A stretch of 64,000 bases of DNA from a candidate division WOR-3 bacterium (GTDB lineage: Bacteria; Hydrothermota; Tepidihabitantia; Tepidihabitantales; Tepidihabitantaceae), in assembly GCA_965648905.1 (NCBI GenBank), contig CBFGIT010000008.1:32001-96000 (forward strand), in the 5' to 3' direction. The translations under genes and the position numbers were made by a program. The notes under the pieces were generated by a model. That model did no database searches. It was not told the DNA's origin and worked only from the letters and a program-made list of their open reading frames with translations. Shown piece by piece: positions 39,490 to 49,395 of the stretch. Positions within the stretch are counted from its first letter, which is position 1. Each line of letters opens with the position of its first letter.

Positions 39490-39564
39490 GGTGAGTGAGG
39501 GGACTTGAACCCCCAACATCCTGAGCCACAGTCAGGTACTCTAACCAGTTGAGCTACACTCACC
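39490..39564 (-). tRNA. tRNA-His(GTG)
   Basis: G-1:C73 pair, GTGAGTG/CACTCAC, loop CT-GTG-GC. Confidence 0.93.
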
Positions 39565-39580
39565 ATTGGGGTGTACTGCT

Positions 39581-39608
39581 AGTATAGCGGACGCCGTTTT
39601 GATGTCCA
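39581..39608 (-). promoter_or_regulatory. Promoter of tRNA operon
   Basis: TGGACA-16-TATACT. Confidence 0.6.
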
Positions 39609-39688
39609 GCGAGCGCGGTTTCCTTTGACGACCGCTGATTTCGCCGCTATATTCCCGCCGACCGATTCCAACAAAGGAGCCTCAGACT

Positions 39689-40672
39689 ATGAAAACGAAA
39701 GAAATGAAACGACTGCTCGTCACCGGCGCTGTCGGCCAGATTGGCTCGGAACTGACCCTGGCCCTGCGCCAGCGCTACGGCGCCGACAATGTGATTGCCA
39801 CCGGCCGCAAGACCGCGCCGAGTCCGGAACTTAAGGACTCCGGCCCGTTCTACTTCATTGACGTCGCCCAGCGCGAGACTCTGGAAGAGGTCGTGCGCAA
39901 ACACAACATTGACACGATTGTCCATATGGCCGCCATCCTCTCCGCGGTCGGCGAGAAGGACCCGATGCGCTGCTGGGACGTCAACATCAACGGCACCCTG
40001 GTTGTGCTCGAATGTGCCCGTGCCCACGAAATGGCCCGGGTGATTATCCCCAGCTCGATTGCCGCTTTCGGCCCTGAGACCCCGCGCGTCAACACGCCGA
40101 ACGACACGATCCTGAAGCCGCGCACGATGTACGGCATCACCAAGGTCGCGGGCGAGCTTCTGGGCGACTACTACTTCCGCAAGTACGGACTCGACGTGCG
40201 CGGCCTGCGCTATCCGGGCATCATCTCGCACATGACCCTGCCCGGCGGCGGCACCACCGACTTTGCGGTCGCCATCTATTTCGAGGCGGTCAAGAACCGG
40301 CGCTACACGTGCTTTGTGCGCGAGGACACGCGGCTGCCGATGATGTACATGCCCGACTGCATCAAGGCAACGATTGACCTGGCCGAGGCCGACCTGTCCC
40401 GGCTCGTCCACCACTGCGACTTCAACGTCGGTGCGATGAGCTTCTCGGCCGGCGAGCTGGCCGCGTCCATCAAGAAGTACATCCCGGACTTCGTCTGCAC
40501 CTACGAGCCGGACTTCCGTCAGGCAATCGCCGATTCCTGGCCCCAGTCACTCGACGATTCGGCCGCCCGCGAAGAATGGGGCTGGAAGCCGTCCTATGAC
40601 CTCGACGCCATGACCAAAGACATGCTCGACGTTCTGACTCGCCGGCACCAGGCAGGCAAGCTCGGGTACTAG
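39689..40672 (+). CDS. L-threonine 3-dehydrogenase, SDR/epimerase type
   Basis: TGAVGQIGSEL, AAILSAVGE, YGITK, PGGGTTDFAV, RQAIADSWP. Confidence 0.88.
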   Translation: MKTKEMKRLLVTGAVGQIGSELTLALRQRYGADNVIATGRKTAPSPELKDSGPFYFIDVAQRETLEEVVRKHNIDTIVHMAAILSAVGEKDPMRCWDVNINGTLVVLECARAHEMARVIIPSSIAAFGPETPRVNTPNDTILKPRTMYGITKVAGELLGDYYFRKYGLDVRGLRYPGIISHMTLPGGGTTDFAVAIYFEAVKNRRYTCFVREDTRLPMMYMPDCIKATIDLAEADLSRLVHHCDFNVGAMSFSAGELAASIKKYIPDFVCTYEPDFRQAIADSWPQSLDDSAAREEWGWKPSYDLDAMTKDMLDVLTRRHQAGKLGY

Positions 40673-40711
40673 CCTTGACCAGTGCTGTGGTTCTCCTAGA
40701 CTATTCTCAAC

Positions 40712-41188
40712 GTGCTGTACTTTGAAAAGAAAGACCTGAGTCAGTACTTCAACCCGGATGGTATCCGGTACTATGAAGGCCGCGGCGAGATTGGGCTCTG
40801 CCTGCACCTGCCGCTGGTCAACTACGTTGCCGGCACCTCGCCCGGCGAGGACTACATGCTGATGATCGCCGTCGCCAACGACCTGATTGAGTATCTGCTC
40901 TACAAGCGGCCGACCAAAGGCCCGGAAGCGTGGGACTACGATGCCGAGAGGGCAGCCGAAGTCTACACGGTCTGCGGCGACAACCCGAGCATCGCCGGCA
41001 TCATCATCTACGACCGCAACTTCCTCGGCGGAGCCAAGCTCCAGGTGTTCCTGGACAAGACCTTCGGCTCGAACGAAATCGCGATCCGCTGGAAGAATCA
41101 GATGGTCGGCGACGAGCGCTTAATCGACGACTACATCGCCTATCTTCAGGAGACACTCCGCAACGGCGGGGCCGGCGCGTCGGCCTGA
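40712..41188 (+). CDS. Hypothetical protein
   Basis: Strong GC3 codon bias; promoter TTGACC-16-TAGACT at 40675-40702; no recognised motif. Confidence 0.7.
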   Translation: MLYFEKKDLSQYFNPDGIRYYEGRGEIGLCLHLPLVNYVAGTSPGEDYMLMIAVANDLIEYLLYKRPTKGPEAWDYDAERAAEVYTVCGDNPSIAGIIIYDRNFLGGAKLQVFLDKTFGSNEIAIRWKNQMVGDERLIDDYIAYLQETLRNGGAGASA

Positions 41189-41204
41189 GCCCCGAAGAGA
41201 GACC

Positions 41205-41882
41205 TTGGCTGCTCAAGAACCCGCCGTGATCCTGAGAGCCGTCACCCGGGACCCGGAAGTCATTGCTCTGGTCGAGGAGGCGGACCGGCAGCTCGCCACG
41301 CTCGGCTACACCGAACACGGCCCCCGGCATGCCCGGCTCGTGGCCAAGAACGCCAAGGCGGTTCTCACCGCGCTGGGATTCGATGAACGCGAAGCCGAGC
41401 TGGCCGCGATCGCCGGGTACCTGCACGACATCGGCAACGTCGTCAATCGGGACCAGCACGAACGCACGAGCGCCCTCCTGGCGCGCGATGTCCTGCTGCG
41501 TCTGAGAATGGGCTACGGCGAGGCGGCCCAGGTCATGGCCGCCATCGGTAACCACCATGAGGAAGGCGGCAACCCGGTTTCCAACATCTCATCGGCGCTG
41601 ATTCTTGCCGACAAGGCTGACGTCCACCGGAGCCGGGTGCGCAATCCCGAGCTGGTGAAGTTCGACATTCACGACCGCGTCAACTATGCGGTGAAGAAAT
41701 CCGGGCTGAGCGTAGACAAGGCCGGCCGCCGCATCACCTTCGACCTGCAGGTTGATACCGCCATCGCGCCGGTGATGGAGTACTTCGAGATCTTCCTCGC
41801 CCGGATGCTCATCTCGCGCCGGGCCGCCGACTTCCTTGAGTGCCGCTTCGAGCTGGTCATCAACGGCACGCGCCTGGTCTAA
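41205..41882 (+). CDS. HD-domain phosphohydrolase
   Basis: GYTEH..H, LHDIGN, IGNHHE, LADKAD, DIHDRVNYAV. Confidence 0.88.
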   Translation: MAAQEPAVILRAVTRDPEVIALVEEADRQLATLGYTEHGPRHARLVAKNAKAVLTALGFDEREAELAAIAGYLHDIGNVVNRDQHERTSALLARDVLLRLRMGYGEAAQVMAAIGNHHEEGGNPVSNISSALILADKADVHRSRVRNPELVKFDIHDRVNYAVKKSGLSVDKAGRRITFDLQVDTAIAPVMEYFEIFLARMLISRRAADFLECRFELVINGTRLV

Positions 41883-41888
41883 CGCAGC

Positions 41889-43436
41889 CTAGCCGGTCCG
41901 ATAGACCGAATCGAGCACGGTTCCGTCCACCCACTTGACGACGGCCACAACCTGGTCAGACAGCTTCGGTCGCGCCGGCCGACCGCACATCCGCTCAATC
42001 TCAGCCTTCATCTCCCCGATGTCTCTTATCGGCAACCCCGATCCTTTGATCGCATCGCGCAGGTCGGTCCGTCGCGGGTTGATAGCGATGCCCAGCTCGG
42101 TGACGACCACGTCGACCAGTTCGCCCGGCCCGACCAACGTGGTGACCCGGTCTACGATTATCGGCAGCCGGTCACGCATGGCCGGAACCGCAAGGATAAC
42201 GCACTTGGCGAAAAGACAGTTCTGCCAGCCGCCGATGCCATGCCGCAGCCTGCCGTCAGAATGAGTCACCACGTTGGCGTTGAACTCGGTATCGACCTCG
42301 GTCGCCGACAGCACAGCAACGTCGAGCAGGTTTATGTAGTTACCCTTGGCATGGTAGTTGTAGCTCACGAGCGGTGAAATCGACACGTGCCCCCGGTTGA
42401 CCGCAATCGAGCGCACCGCCTCAAGGTCGAACGCCTGGCCGTCCACCAGCGCTGGGGCCAGTCCCTGTTCGAGCATCCGGACCAGGTAACGGGTTGTGCC
42501 GCCATGTATCCATCCGGCCTTGACACCTTCAGCCTTCATCATGTCGGCAAGGTACACGGCAAACGCCAGTGAGATACCACCTGCTCCGCCCTGAAAACTG
42601 AACCCGTCCTTCAAGATTCCCGACTCCCTGATGAATCGGGCGACTAGCTCAGCAATGTAGAGCCGGTCCGGCGAGCGGGTGACTTCGGTCGTACCGGACA
42701 TGATTTTCGCCGGGTTGCCGATTGAGTCCTGTTGAACCACAAAGTCGACGTGGGTTCCGTTGAGCTGAAATGGAATGCAAGGAAACGGAACCAGGTTGTT
42801 GGTGACAATCACCGTGCGGTCCGCGTACATCGTGTCTGCGACCGCATAGCCGAGTACACCGCAGGCAGAGTCACCCTTGATACCGTTGGCATTACCGAAC
42901 TTGTCTGCCGCCGGCGCGGCCAGGACCGCGATGTCGATGTGAATCTCGCCGTCCTGAATCGCCTGGGCCCGGCCACCGTGCGACCGCAGAACCCCGAGCC
43001 CGCGCATCCGACCCTGGGTGCAGTAATCGCCGAGCGGGCCGTTGAGGCTGCCTTCGATGTGATGAATGACACCGGCGTCAAGGTGCTTCATGATCGGAGC
43101 ATGGCATGGAAACGCCGCGGACGGGTACCAGACCAAATCCTTCAGTCCCATCTCGGCGCAGATGTCAAAGAGCTGCAAAGGCAGGGTGTCGCCGTCGCGG
43201 AAGTGATGGTGCGTGGAAATGCACATGCCGTCACGGATGCCGCACTTCTCAAGCGCAGTGCGCAAGTCCGGCACGGTCTTGTCACCGTTGTCCGGGTAGT
43301 CGATACAGGTCGGAATCTGGGGACAGGCCTTGCGCCCCGAAGGCCGATGCTTGCCCACGCCGGCAAACGGAACCGCGGGTCTGCCATTGACTTCAGTCGG
43401 GACCTTTCGGCCCAGCGCGTTCTCAACGAGCTTCAT
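41889..43436 (-). CDS. citF: Citrate lyase alpha subunit-like CoA-transferase
   Basis: STHHHFRDGD, RSHGGR, ACGVLGYA, NANVVT.SDG, GIAINPRR. Confidence 0.88.
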   Translation of the reverse strand: MKLVENALGRKVPTEVNGRPAVPFAGVGKHRPSGRKACPQIPTCIDYPDNGDKTVPDLRTALEKCGIRDGMCISTHHHFRDGDTLPLQLFDICAEMGLKDLVWYPSAAFPCHAPIMKHLDAGVIHHIEGSLNGPLGDYCTQGRMRGLGVLRSHGGRAQAIQDGEIHIDIAVLAAPAADKFGNANGIKGDSACGVLGYAVADTMYADRTVIVTNNLVPFPCIPFQLNGTHVDFVVQQDSIGNPAKIMSGTTEVTRSPDRLYIAELVARFIRESGILKDGFSFQGGAGGISLAFAVYLADMMKAEGVKAGWIHGGTTRYLVRMLEQGLAPALVDGQAFDLEAVRSIAVNRGHVSISPLVSYNYHAKGNYINLLDVAVLSATEVDTEFNANVVTHSDGRLRHGIGGWQNCLFAKCVILAVPAMRDRLPIIVDRVTTLVGPGELVDVVVTELGIAINPRRTDLRDAIKGSGLPIRDIGEMKAEIERMCGRPARPKLSDQVVAVVKWVDGTVLDSVYRTG

Positions 43437-44629
43437 GCACTCTCCTTGTCCCAGCCCGAAACCAGCCGTCCCAGCTTCTCGGCCAGTTCGACCGTGCGCA
43501 GGCAGCGCTTCACCACTGGTGCGTCAACCATCTTCGAGCCGACCGCAACCGCGCCATGACCCTGAGCCCGAGCCTTGCGATAAGCCAGCACCACTTTCCT
43601 TGCCTGCTCAACCTCGTCGACCGAAGGCGTGAATGCCTCATTCACCACCGGTATCTGACGCGGGTGGACGCAGCCCTTGCCTTCAAACCCGAACTCGCGG
43701 GCAACGCGGCAACTGGCCGCCAGTCCTTCGAGGTCATCGACGTTACCGTAGACCGTATCTATCGGCTGGACCCCGGCCGCCCGGGCTGCATTCACGACCT
43801 GGGACCGGGCCCAGACCGTCTCAAGCCCGGCTTGGGTTTTACTTGCGCCGGTGTCGGCCAGGTAGTCTTCCATTCCCCAGGTCAGGGCTGCGACCCGTTC
43901 CGATGCACGGGCAATCCTAGCCGCTTCGAACATACCCTGCGCGGTCTCGATAATCGGCATCAACCACACCTCAGTTGAGGCCTGCTTCAATCGCCGGTCC
44001 AACTCCTTGATATCGTCCTCAACCTCGCACTTGGGCACAAGTATCAGGTTCGCACCCGCCCTGACCAGCGTATCCAGCTCATCCAGGCCGCGCGGCAACT
44101 GGTTGACGCGCACCATCCGTTCACAGTCTCCAAAGTCCACGACCCGCAGGGCATTGCGGACAAGAACGAGCGCCGCGTCTTTCTCTTCAGGTGGCACCGA
44201 ATCCTCCAGGTCAAGAATCACCGCGTCTGCGCCGTGGATTCGCGCGTTGACCATGAACCGTGCCTCATTGCCTGGCAGATAGAGCCGCGACCGGCGCCAG
44301 TGGTCGCGGGCCGAAGGCCGGGCAAAGGTCGGGCCAGCCTCAGGCAGCCATTCCTTGACTGCCTGGCCCGGCTTTGCCCGCCGAACTGCAGCTTCAAGCC
44401 GGGCCATGATAACAAACGGCAGCGCGCCTCTGTCCTCCACCTGCACCTTCGCGTGCTTGACGCCAAAGAACTCAAGCCCTTCCCTCGCCAGTGCTCTAAT
44501 ACTCTCCCCGTACATCGCCTCGACTTTGCTCTTCACGTCAAGCTGAATGCCGCCCGACTTCTCCAGCTCGACCGAGACCCAGACGTCGCTTCGGACCCCT
44601 TCGCCGCGCAGTCCTGCCTGGCCGGTCAT
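43433..44629 (-). CDS. Fused citrate lyase acyl-carrier (CitD-like) and beta subunit (CitE-like)
   Basis: N-term SD...YGESI...DRGAL..ARL; C-term RRSRLYLPG, DLEDSV, FGFEGK.CVHPRQI. Confidence 0.82.
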   Translation of the reverse strand: MTGQAGLRGEGVRSDVWVSVELEKSGGIQLDVKSKVEAMYGESIRALAREGLEFFGVKHAKVQVEDRGALPFVIMARLEAAVRRAKPGQAVKEWLPEAGPTFARPSARDHWRRSRLYLPGNEARFMVNARIHGADAVILDLEDSVPPEEKDAALVLVRNALRVVDFGDCERMVRVNQLPRGLDELDTLVRAGANLILVPKCEVEDDIKELDRRLKQASTEVWLMPIIETAQGMFEAARIARASERVAALTWGMEDYLADTGASKTQAGLETVWARSQVVNAARAAGVQPIDTVYGNVDDLEGLAASCRVAREFGFEGKGCVHPRQIPVVNEAFTPSVDEVEQARKVVLAYRKARAQGHGAVAVGSKMVDAPVVKRCLRTVELAEKLGRLVSGWDKESA

Positions 44630-44630
44630 G

Positions 44631-45125
44631 CTAGGCTCCTGCCTTGCGCGCGGCCAGCTTGCGCCGCGTGAACTCCAGGAGTCCGCCTGCCTCGCAGATC
44701 GCGAGAATCTCCTGAGGCAGCTTCGGGAAGGTATAGGTCTTGTCTCCCACCTTTATTGTCCCTGCGGCCGCATCCAGCTCAACCGCCATTCCCGGCTCGT
44801 ACGCATCGACCGCGTCCGGAGCCTCGACCAGAAGCAACCCCTGGTTGATGGCGGCCCGGTAGAAGATGCGGGCAAAACTCCGGGCAACAATTGCCTGCAC
44901 ACCCACGGCCTTGAGTCCGACAACCGGCTGCTCCCGCGACGACCCGCATCCGAAGTTCTTGCCTGCCATCACGATGTCGCCCGGCTGCACCGCCTTGGCA
45001 AACTCCGGGTCAAGGTCCTCAAGCAGATGCGGCTTAATCTCCTCCGGCTTCGAGCAGGTATAGGTGTACTTGCCCGGAAAGAGCATGTCGGTATTGATAT
45101 CGTCACCATACTTCCAGACTCTCAT
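44631..45125 (-). CDS. leuD: LeuD/HacB-family dehydratase small subunit
   Basis: GDDINTD, NFGCGSSRE, SFARIFYR.AINQG. Confidence 0.85.
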   Translation of the reverse strand: MRVWKYGDDINTDMLFPGKYTYTCSKPEEIKPHLLEDLDPEFAKAVQPGDIVMAGKNFGCGSSREQPVVGLKAVGVQAIVARSFARIFYRAAINQGLLLVEAPDAVDAYEPGMAVELDAAAGTIKVGDKTYTFPKLPQEILAICEAGGLLEFTRRKLAARKAGA

Positions 45126-45211
45126 ACTTCACCTCCACAGGCAATGCCGGTCGGCTCGGTCAGCTCTGGCTTCTGCATTCTGGCTTCTGGATTCTGCCTA
45201 CGTCCTGCCAT
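45122..45211 (-). other. 29-codon mini-ORF containing heptamer repeats, overlapping leuC stop and leuD start
   Basis: TAATG overlap at 45213-45209, ATGA overlap at 45125-45122; five TTCTGNN units on plus strand. Confidence 0.5.
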
Positions 45212-46473
45212 TACCCCACCTTTCTCGGGTCGGTTATCATCCCGGTGATGGCCGAAGCGGCCACGGTCGCGGGCGAGGCAAGATAAATCTCTGCATCCTT
45301 GCAGCCCATCCGGCCCTTGAAGTTGCGGTTCGAGGTCGAAATGCACCTTTCGCCTGGAGCCAGACACCCCTGATGCGCACCAAGACACGGCCCGCACCCG
45401 GGCGGCAGGAGCACTGCGCCGGCGGCCACGAGAGTCTGGATGTCACCAGCGTCAAGTGATCGCTCCAGCTCGGCCCGCGACGCGGGCAGGACCAGGAGCC
45501 GCGTGCGCGGGTGAACCTTCTTGCCCCGAAGGACACGTGCGGCCAAAGCAAGGTCTGATGCCCGGCCATTCGTGCAGGTGCCGACTAAGCACTGCTGCAC
45601 CTCGGTTCCGGCGAGTTCAGTCACCGGCTTGTACTTGTCCACCTTGTGGGGCAGAGCCACAGCCGGCACAATGCTGTCCAGGTCGAACCTCAGTTCCTGC
45701 CGGTAATTCGCACCCTCGTCTGCCCACTCTGCGCTCCACGAACTTTCAGCCACACCAATGGACTGAAGATACCCCTTGGTCACTTCATCCACCGGGAACA
45801 CAGCATTCTTCGCCCCCATCTCCACGCCCATATTGGCAATCACGAACCGGTCGTCAACCGACAACGAGCCCAGGTCGCCCCAGTACTCGACCGAGCAGTA
45901 GTCTGCCCCGTCTGCGCCGACCTTGCCGACGATGGTCAGCACCAGGTCCTTGGCGGTCACCATGTCGCCCAATTTGCCCCGCAGCACAATCCTGATTGAC
46001 TCCGGCACCTTGAACCAAGTCTCGCCGGTCATAAGCAAGGCCGCAGCCTCGGTCCGGTCAATCCCGGTGGCAAGAGCGTTCACCGCGCCGTACGAACACG
46101 TGTGCGAGTCTGACCCGACCGCCAGCATCCCAGGCAGTACCAGCCCCTTCTCAACCATCACTTGATGACACACTCCGGTTCCGACGTCAAAGAAGTGCTT
46201 GATCCCGTACCTCTGCACAAACTCGCGTATCTTCTTGTGGCTTGTTGCGGTCTTCTCATCTGATGCCGGTATCACATGGTCGAGCACGACTACCGGCTGA
46301 TTCGGGTCGGCCACGCCGTACTCAGCAAGGTCCTTGCTGACCTTGTCGGTAATGGCCGCAGCATTGTCGTGCATCAGAAGCCGGTCCGGCTTACAGGTCA
46401 CGAGCTCGCCAGCCCGGGCCTGCTTCCTGCCGCCCTTGCGGGCGAGCACTTTCTCGGCAAATGTCATCGGCAT
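45211..46473 (-). CDS. leuC: LeuC/HacA-family dehydratase large subunit
   Basis: DH, GVCHQ, GSDSHT, GTCTNGR, CGPCLG, STSNRNFKGRMG. Confidence 0.88.
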   Translation of the reverse strand: MPMTFAEKVLARKGGRKQARAGELVTCKPDRLLMHDNAAAITDKVSKDLAEYGVADPNQPVVVLDHVIPASDEKTATSHKKIREFVQRYGIKHFFDVGTGVCHQVMVEKGLVLPGMLAVGSDSHTCSYGAVNALATGIDRTEAAALLMTGETWFKVPESIRIVLRGKLGDMVTAKDLVLTIVGKVGADGADYCSVEYWGDLGSLSVDDRFVIANMGVEMGAKNAVFPVDEVTKGYLQSIGVAESSWSAEWADEGANYRQELRFDLDSIVPAVALPHKVDKYKPVTELAGTEVQQCLVGTCTNGRASDLALAARVLRGKKVHPRTRLLVLPASRAELERSLDAGDIQTLVAAGAVLLPPGCGPCLGAHQGCLAPGERCISTSNRNFKGRMGCKDAEIYLASPATVAASAITGMITDPRKVG

Positions 46474-46509
46474 GATTCCTCACTTGGTTCGATGGTACTC
46501 AACTGCCAG

Positions 46510-46537
46510 ATTATAGACAGCCCGGCCCGCACTGCAA
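46510..46537 (-). promoter_or_regulatory. Promoter of leuC-citF operon
   Basis: TTGCAG-16-TATAAT. Confidence 0.6.
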
Positions 46538-46656
46538 GAACGCCAGTTGCCGTTCGCCTCTCGCCGCCCGCTCCTCGCTTTCCGCCACTTCACATCGTGC
46601 GTCCGCCGCCTGCCTCTCACATCCACCTGCTCGCAGATTCGCGTCTTGTTCGCACT

Positions 46657-47030
46657 CTGGCTTCGGCGCTGCCCTGAGGCTCGCTACGAGTCGTGGCTTC
46701 AGGCCCGGATTCAAGCGCGGACTCGGACGCGCTCGCCAGCCCGCAACTACCCCTGCCTCGGCGTACGCTGACTAGTCTGCTGCCTCGCCTGACAGGCTTC
46801 GTGAACTCTCAGCCGCAGGTCTGGTCACGGGCGCGAACGGAAAGCATCCTGACCTTGTGCCTAACCTCTGGCTTGGTAGGGGGAGCGACTCCCGGAGTCA
46901 CTCCCGTTACCAAAGACAAGAGCAGATACCGAATGTGGCTCGCAGCACTAAGTCCCGGGACTACGCGGCTTAGGCTCAGTGCCCCGCAGTCTGGAAGCTC
47001 GCCGGCATCATTCCTAGGCCCGAGGTTCTG
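46657..47030. repeat. Degenerate 12-bp-periodic array 3
   Basis: NYG cores at 46657, 46669, 46681 ... 46885 every 12 nt, decaying to about 47030. Confidence 0.6.
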
Positions 47031-47261
47031 ATGCCGCAAGTTGTCGGCCGACAGCCCAGAGCCGTCAGCATTCACCCCAAAGCCTGGCCCGGCAACTCAC
47101 CCCGCTGCCCACCGCTCTTCGGTCGCAGTCGAACAGCGGCGGCGTGGTTCGCACCCCATCCAAACCACGTCGGGCACATTCGGTTCTGCCAAGCCACAGC
47201 GGACGATCGGGAATGCTGACGTAACCCAAGACTCAAGACGCACCGGACTGCTCTGACAAGG

Positions 47262-47289
47262 GCAGGGGCGGCTGGACTGCCGCCCCTGC
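47262..47289 (-). terminator. Terminator hairpin
   Basis: GCAGGGGCGGC-6nt-GCCGCCCCTGC. Confidence 0.7.
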
Positions 47290-47318
47290 GTGGCCCCCGG
47301 CCTGTCTTGTTTGGCGCA

Positions 47319-47621
47319 CTAGCGCCGGCTAGGCTCTTGCTGCCGGCTTCGCCTCGCGTGAGGTCTGGGCTGCGGCAGTCTGACCTCAGGGTCGGAAACA
47401 CTGCTCTGAGTGAGCGACTTTGCCGCCTCAATCCGCTCGTAGAACAGCTCAGCACCATGTTCACCATGGGCTCCGACCTGCGAGAGCTTCTCTCTGTTGA
47501 CAACAATCGCATACCCTGCACCAGCAATCATGGCCACTCCGACCAGCAACTGAATCAGTCTCATCAATCGTGTCACGGCAACCTCCGGGTTGTTGTTTGT
47601 ACTTTCGTGCCTTTCAGTCAT
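47319..47621 (-). CDS. Hypothetical single-pass membrane protein
   Basis: AAGAGGG RBS, one TM helix, terminator downstream. Confidence 0.5.
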   Translation of the reverse strand: MTERHESTNNNPEVAVTRLMRLIQLLVGVAMIAGAGYAIVVNREKLSQVGAHGEHGAELFYERIEAAKSLTQSSVSDPEVRLPQPRPHARRSRQQEPSRR

Positions 47622-47983
47622 GCCCTCTTGGTTGCAGTTGTCGTTCCAATCTGGCCCAAGTACTAAGTGACGCAGAATTGGAACTTAGCAGCACACGGAA
47701 ATCGCCGGCACGGACGAGATGTTGTCGATTGACGACATCTTCTCCGATCAGTCAACTGTGCTTATCCGATAATGCTTTGATTCTCATAGCTTTAGGCAAT
47801 CTAATGATTGTGTCGCCAGGTTACAACGTTTGTCGTCGCCGGGATACGGTTTGTGATGCGCTTGCTTCGAACGACCAAAGCCCGGTCCGCCAGCAGGGTC
47901 TGGACCCGTTTGTGTCTGGTGAGGGAGCTTCGGGCGGCTACTGCACGGTCTTTACAAATCCAGCGCGTTCACTAGAATAGGCA

Positions 47984-48508
47984 ATGCCAAGAAGAGCTGC
48001 GTCGCTGGTTGCGGTCGCGATGGGCAGCGACTCGGACCTGCCGGTCATGAACGAGTGCCTCAGGATTCTGGAACGATTCTCTGTCCCATATGAATGCGCG
48101 GTCGTCTCCGCACACCGCACCCCGGACCGGTGTCGCCAGTTTGTCCGCTCCGCAGTTGCTCGGGGCGCCAAGGTGATTATCGCCGGAGCAGGACGAGCAG
48201 CTCATCTGCCCGGAGTGATCGCGTCGTACACGACTGTGCCGGTTGTGGGAGTGCCGCTCGACGCCGGAATGTCGGGCCTGGATGCGCTACTCTCGATCGC
48301 GCAGATGCCCGCCGGAGTGCCGGTGGCCTGCATGGCAGTCGGCAAGTCGGGTGCGACCAATGCAGCCCTCCTGGCAGTTGAGATTCTGGCGACTTCTGAC
48401 CGCGACCTGGCAAGAGAGCTGAAGCAACACCGCAGAAGCATGGCAGCCGAGGTAGTCAGGAAGTCGCGCCTGGTTGCTGCAAAATCCGGCCCGGTCGACA
48501 AGCCATGA
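47984..48508 (+). CDS. purE: N5-CAIR mutase
   Basis: MGSDSD, SAHRTP, AAHLPG, QMPAGVPVA; promoter TTTACA-16-TAGAAT 5 nt upstream. Confidence 0.96.
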   Translation: MPRRAASLVAVAMGSDSDLPVMNECLRILERFSVPYECAVVSAHRTPDRCRQFVRSAVARGAKVIIAGAGRAAHLPGVIASYTTVPVVGVPLDAGMSGLDALLSIAQMPAGVPVACMAVGKSGATNAALLAVEILATSDRDLARELKQHRRSMAAEVVRKSRLVAAKSGPVDKP

Positions 48509-49395
48509 CCCGGCCTGTCAGCTCCGTTGAGTTGCCCGGACTGACGCGTGTAGCCCAAGGCAAGGTCAGAGACATCTTCCAAGTCGGTGCCGACCTGCTG
48601 GTGGTGTGCTCTGACCGTTTGTCGGCGTTCGACGTTGTTCTGCCTGATCCGATTCCGGACAAAGGCAAGGTGCTGAATCTGCTGTCGGCGTTCTGGTTCG
48701 ACCAATTCCGGGACGTGATACCGAATCATGTCATTTCGACTGATTCCGGGCAGTTCCCGGCTGAGCTTGCGCCGTATCGGGACGTGCTGGACGGTCGGGC
48801 GATGCTTGTCAAGCGGGCCCGGCCCCTGCCGGTCGAATGTGTTGTGCGTGGGTATCTTGCCGGCAGCGCGTGGGTCGAGTATCGGGACAAGGGCTCGGTG
48901 TGCGGTATCGAGCTGCCTCGGGGACTGGAGCAGTCTCAGCAGTTGCCCAGCCCGATTTTCACGCCTTCGACCAAGGCCCAGTCCGGCCACGACGTGAATA
49001 TCACCGAGCAGGAGATGGGCGACCTTGTCGGCTACGCTGAAAAGCAGTGGGTGAAGAGTGTTTCGCTTGAGCTCTACCGTCGAGGTGCCGAGTATGCACG
49101 GGAGCGGGGCATTATCATTGCCGACACGAAGTTCGAGTTCGGCCTGTACCGTGGTGAGATGATGCTCATCGACGAGGTTCTGACTCCGGATTCGTCCCGG
49201 TTCTGGGATGTGGAGAACTACCGGGTTGGGTCTTCCCCGCCCAGTTTTGACAAGCAGTTCGTGCGCGACTATCTTCAGGCGCTCGGGTGGACTAAGACCC
49301 CGCCCGGGCCGCGCCTGCCCGGCGAGGTGATTGCCGGTACGTCGGCCCGGTACCGCGAGGCGTACCGCCGCATCACGGGCAGCGACCTGAAGTAG
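48505..49395 (+). CDS. purC: SAICAR synthetase
   Basis: GKVRD, DRLSAFD, ECVVRGY, ADTKFEFG, DEVLTPDSSRFW. Confidence 0.96.
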   Translation: MTRPVSSVELPGLTRVAQGKVRDIFQVGADLLVVCSDRLSAFDVVLPDPIPDKGKVLNLLSAFWFDQFRDVIPNHVISTDSGQFPAELAPYRDVLDGRAMLVKRARPLPVECVVRGYLAGSAWVEYRDKGSVCGIELPRGLEQSQQLPSPIFTPSTKAQSGHDVNITEQEMGDLVGYAEKQWVKSVSLELYRRGAEYARERGIIIADTKFEFGLYRGEMMLIDEVLTPDSSRFWDVENYRVGSSPPSFDKQFVRDYLQALGWTKTPPGPRLPGEVIAGTSARYREAYRRITGSDLK

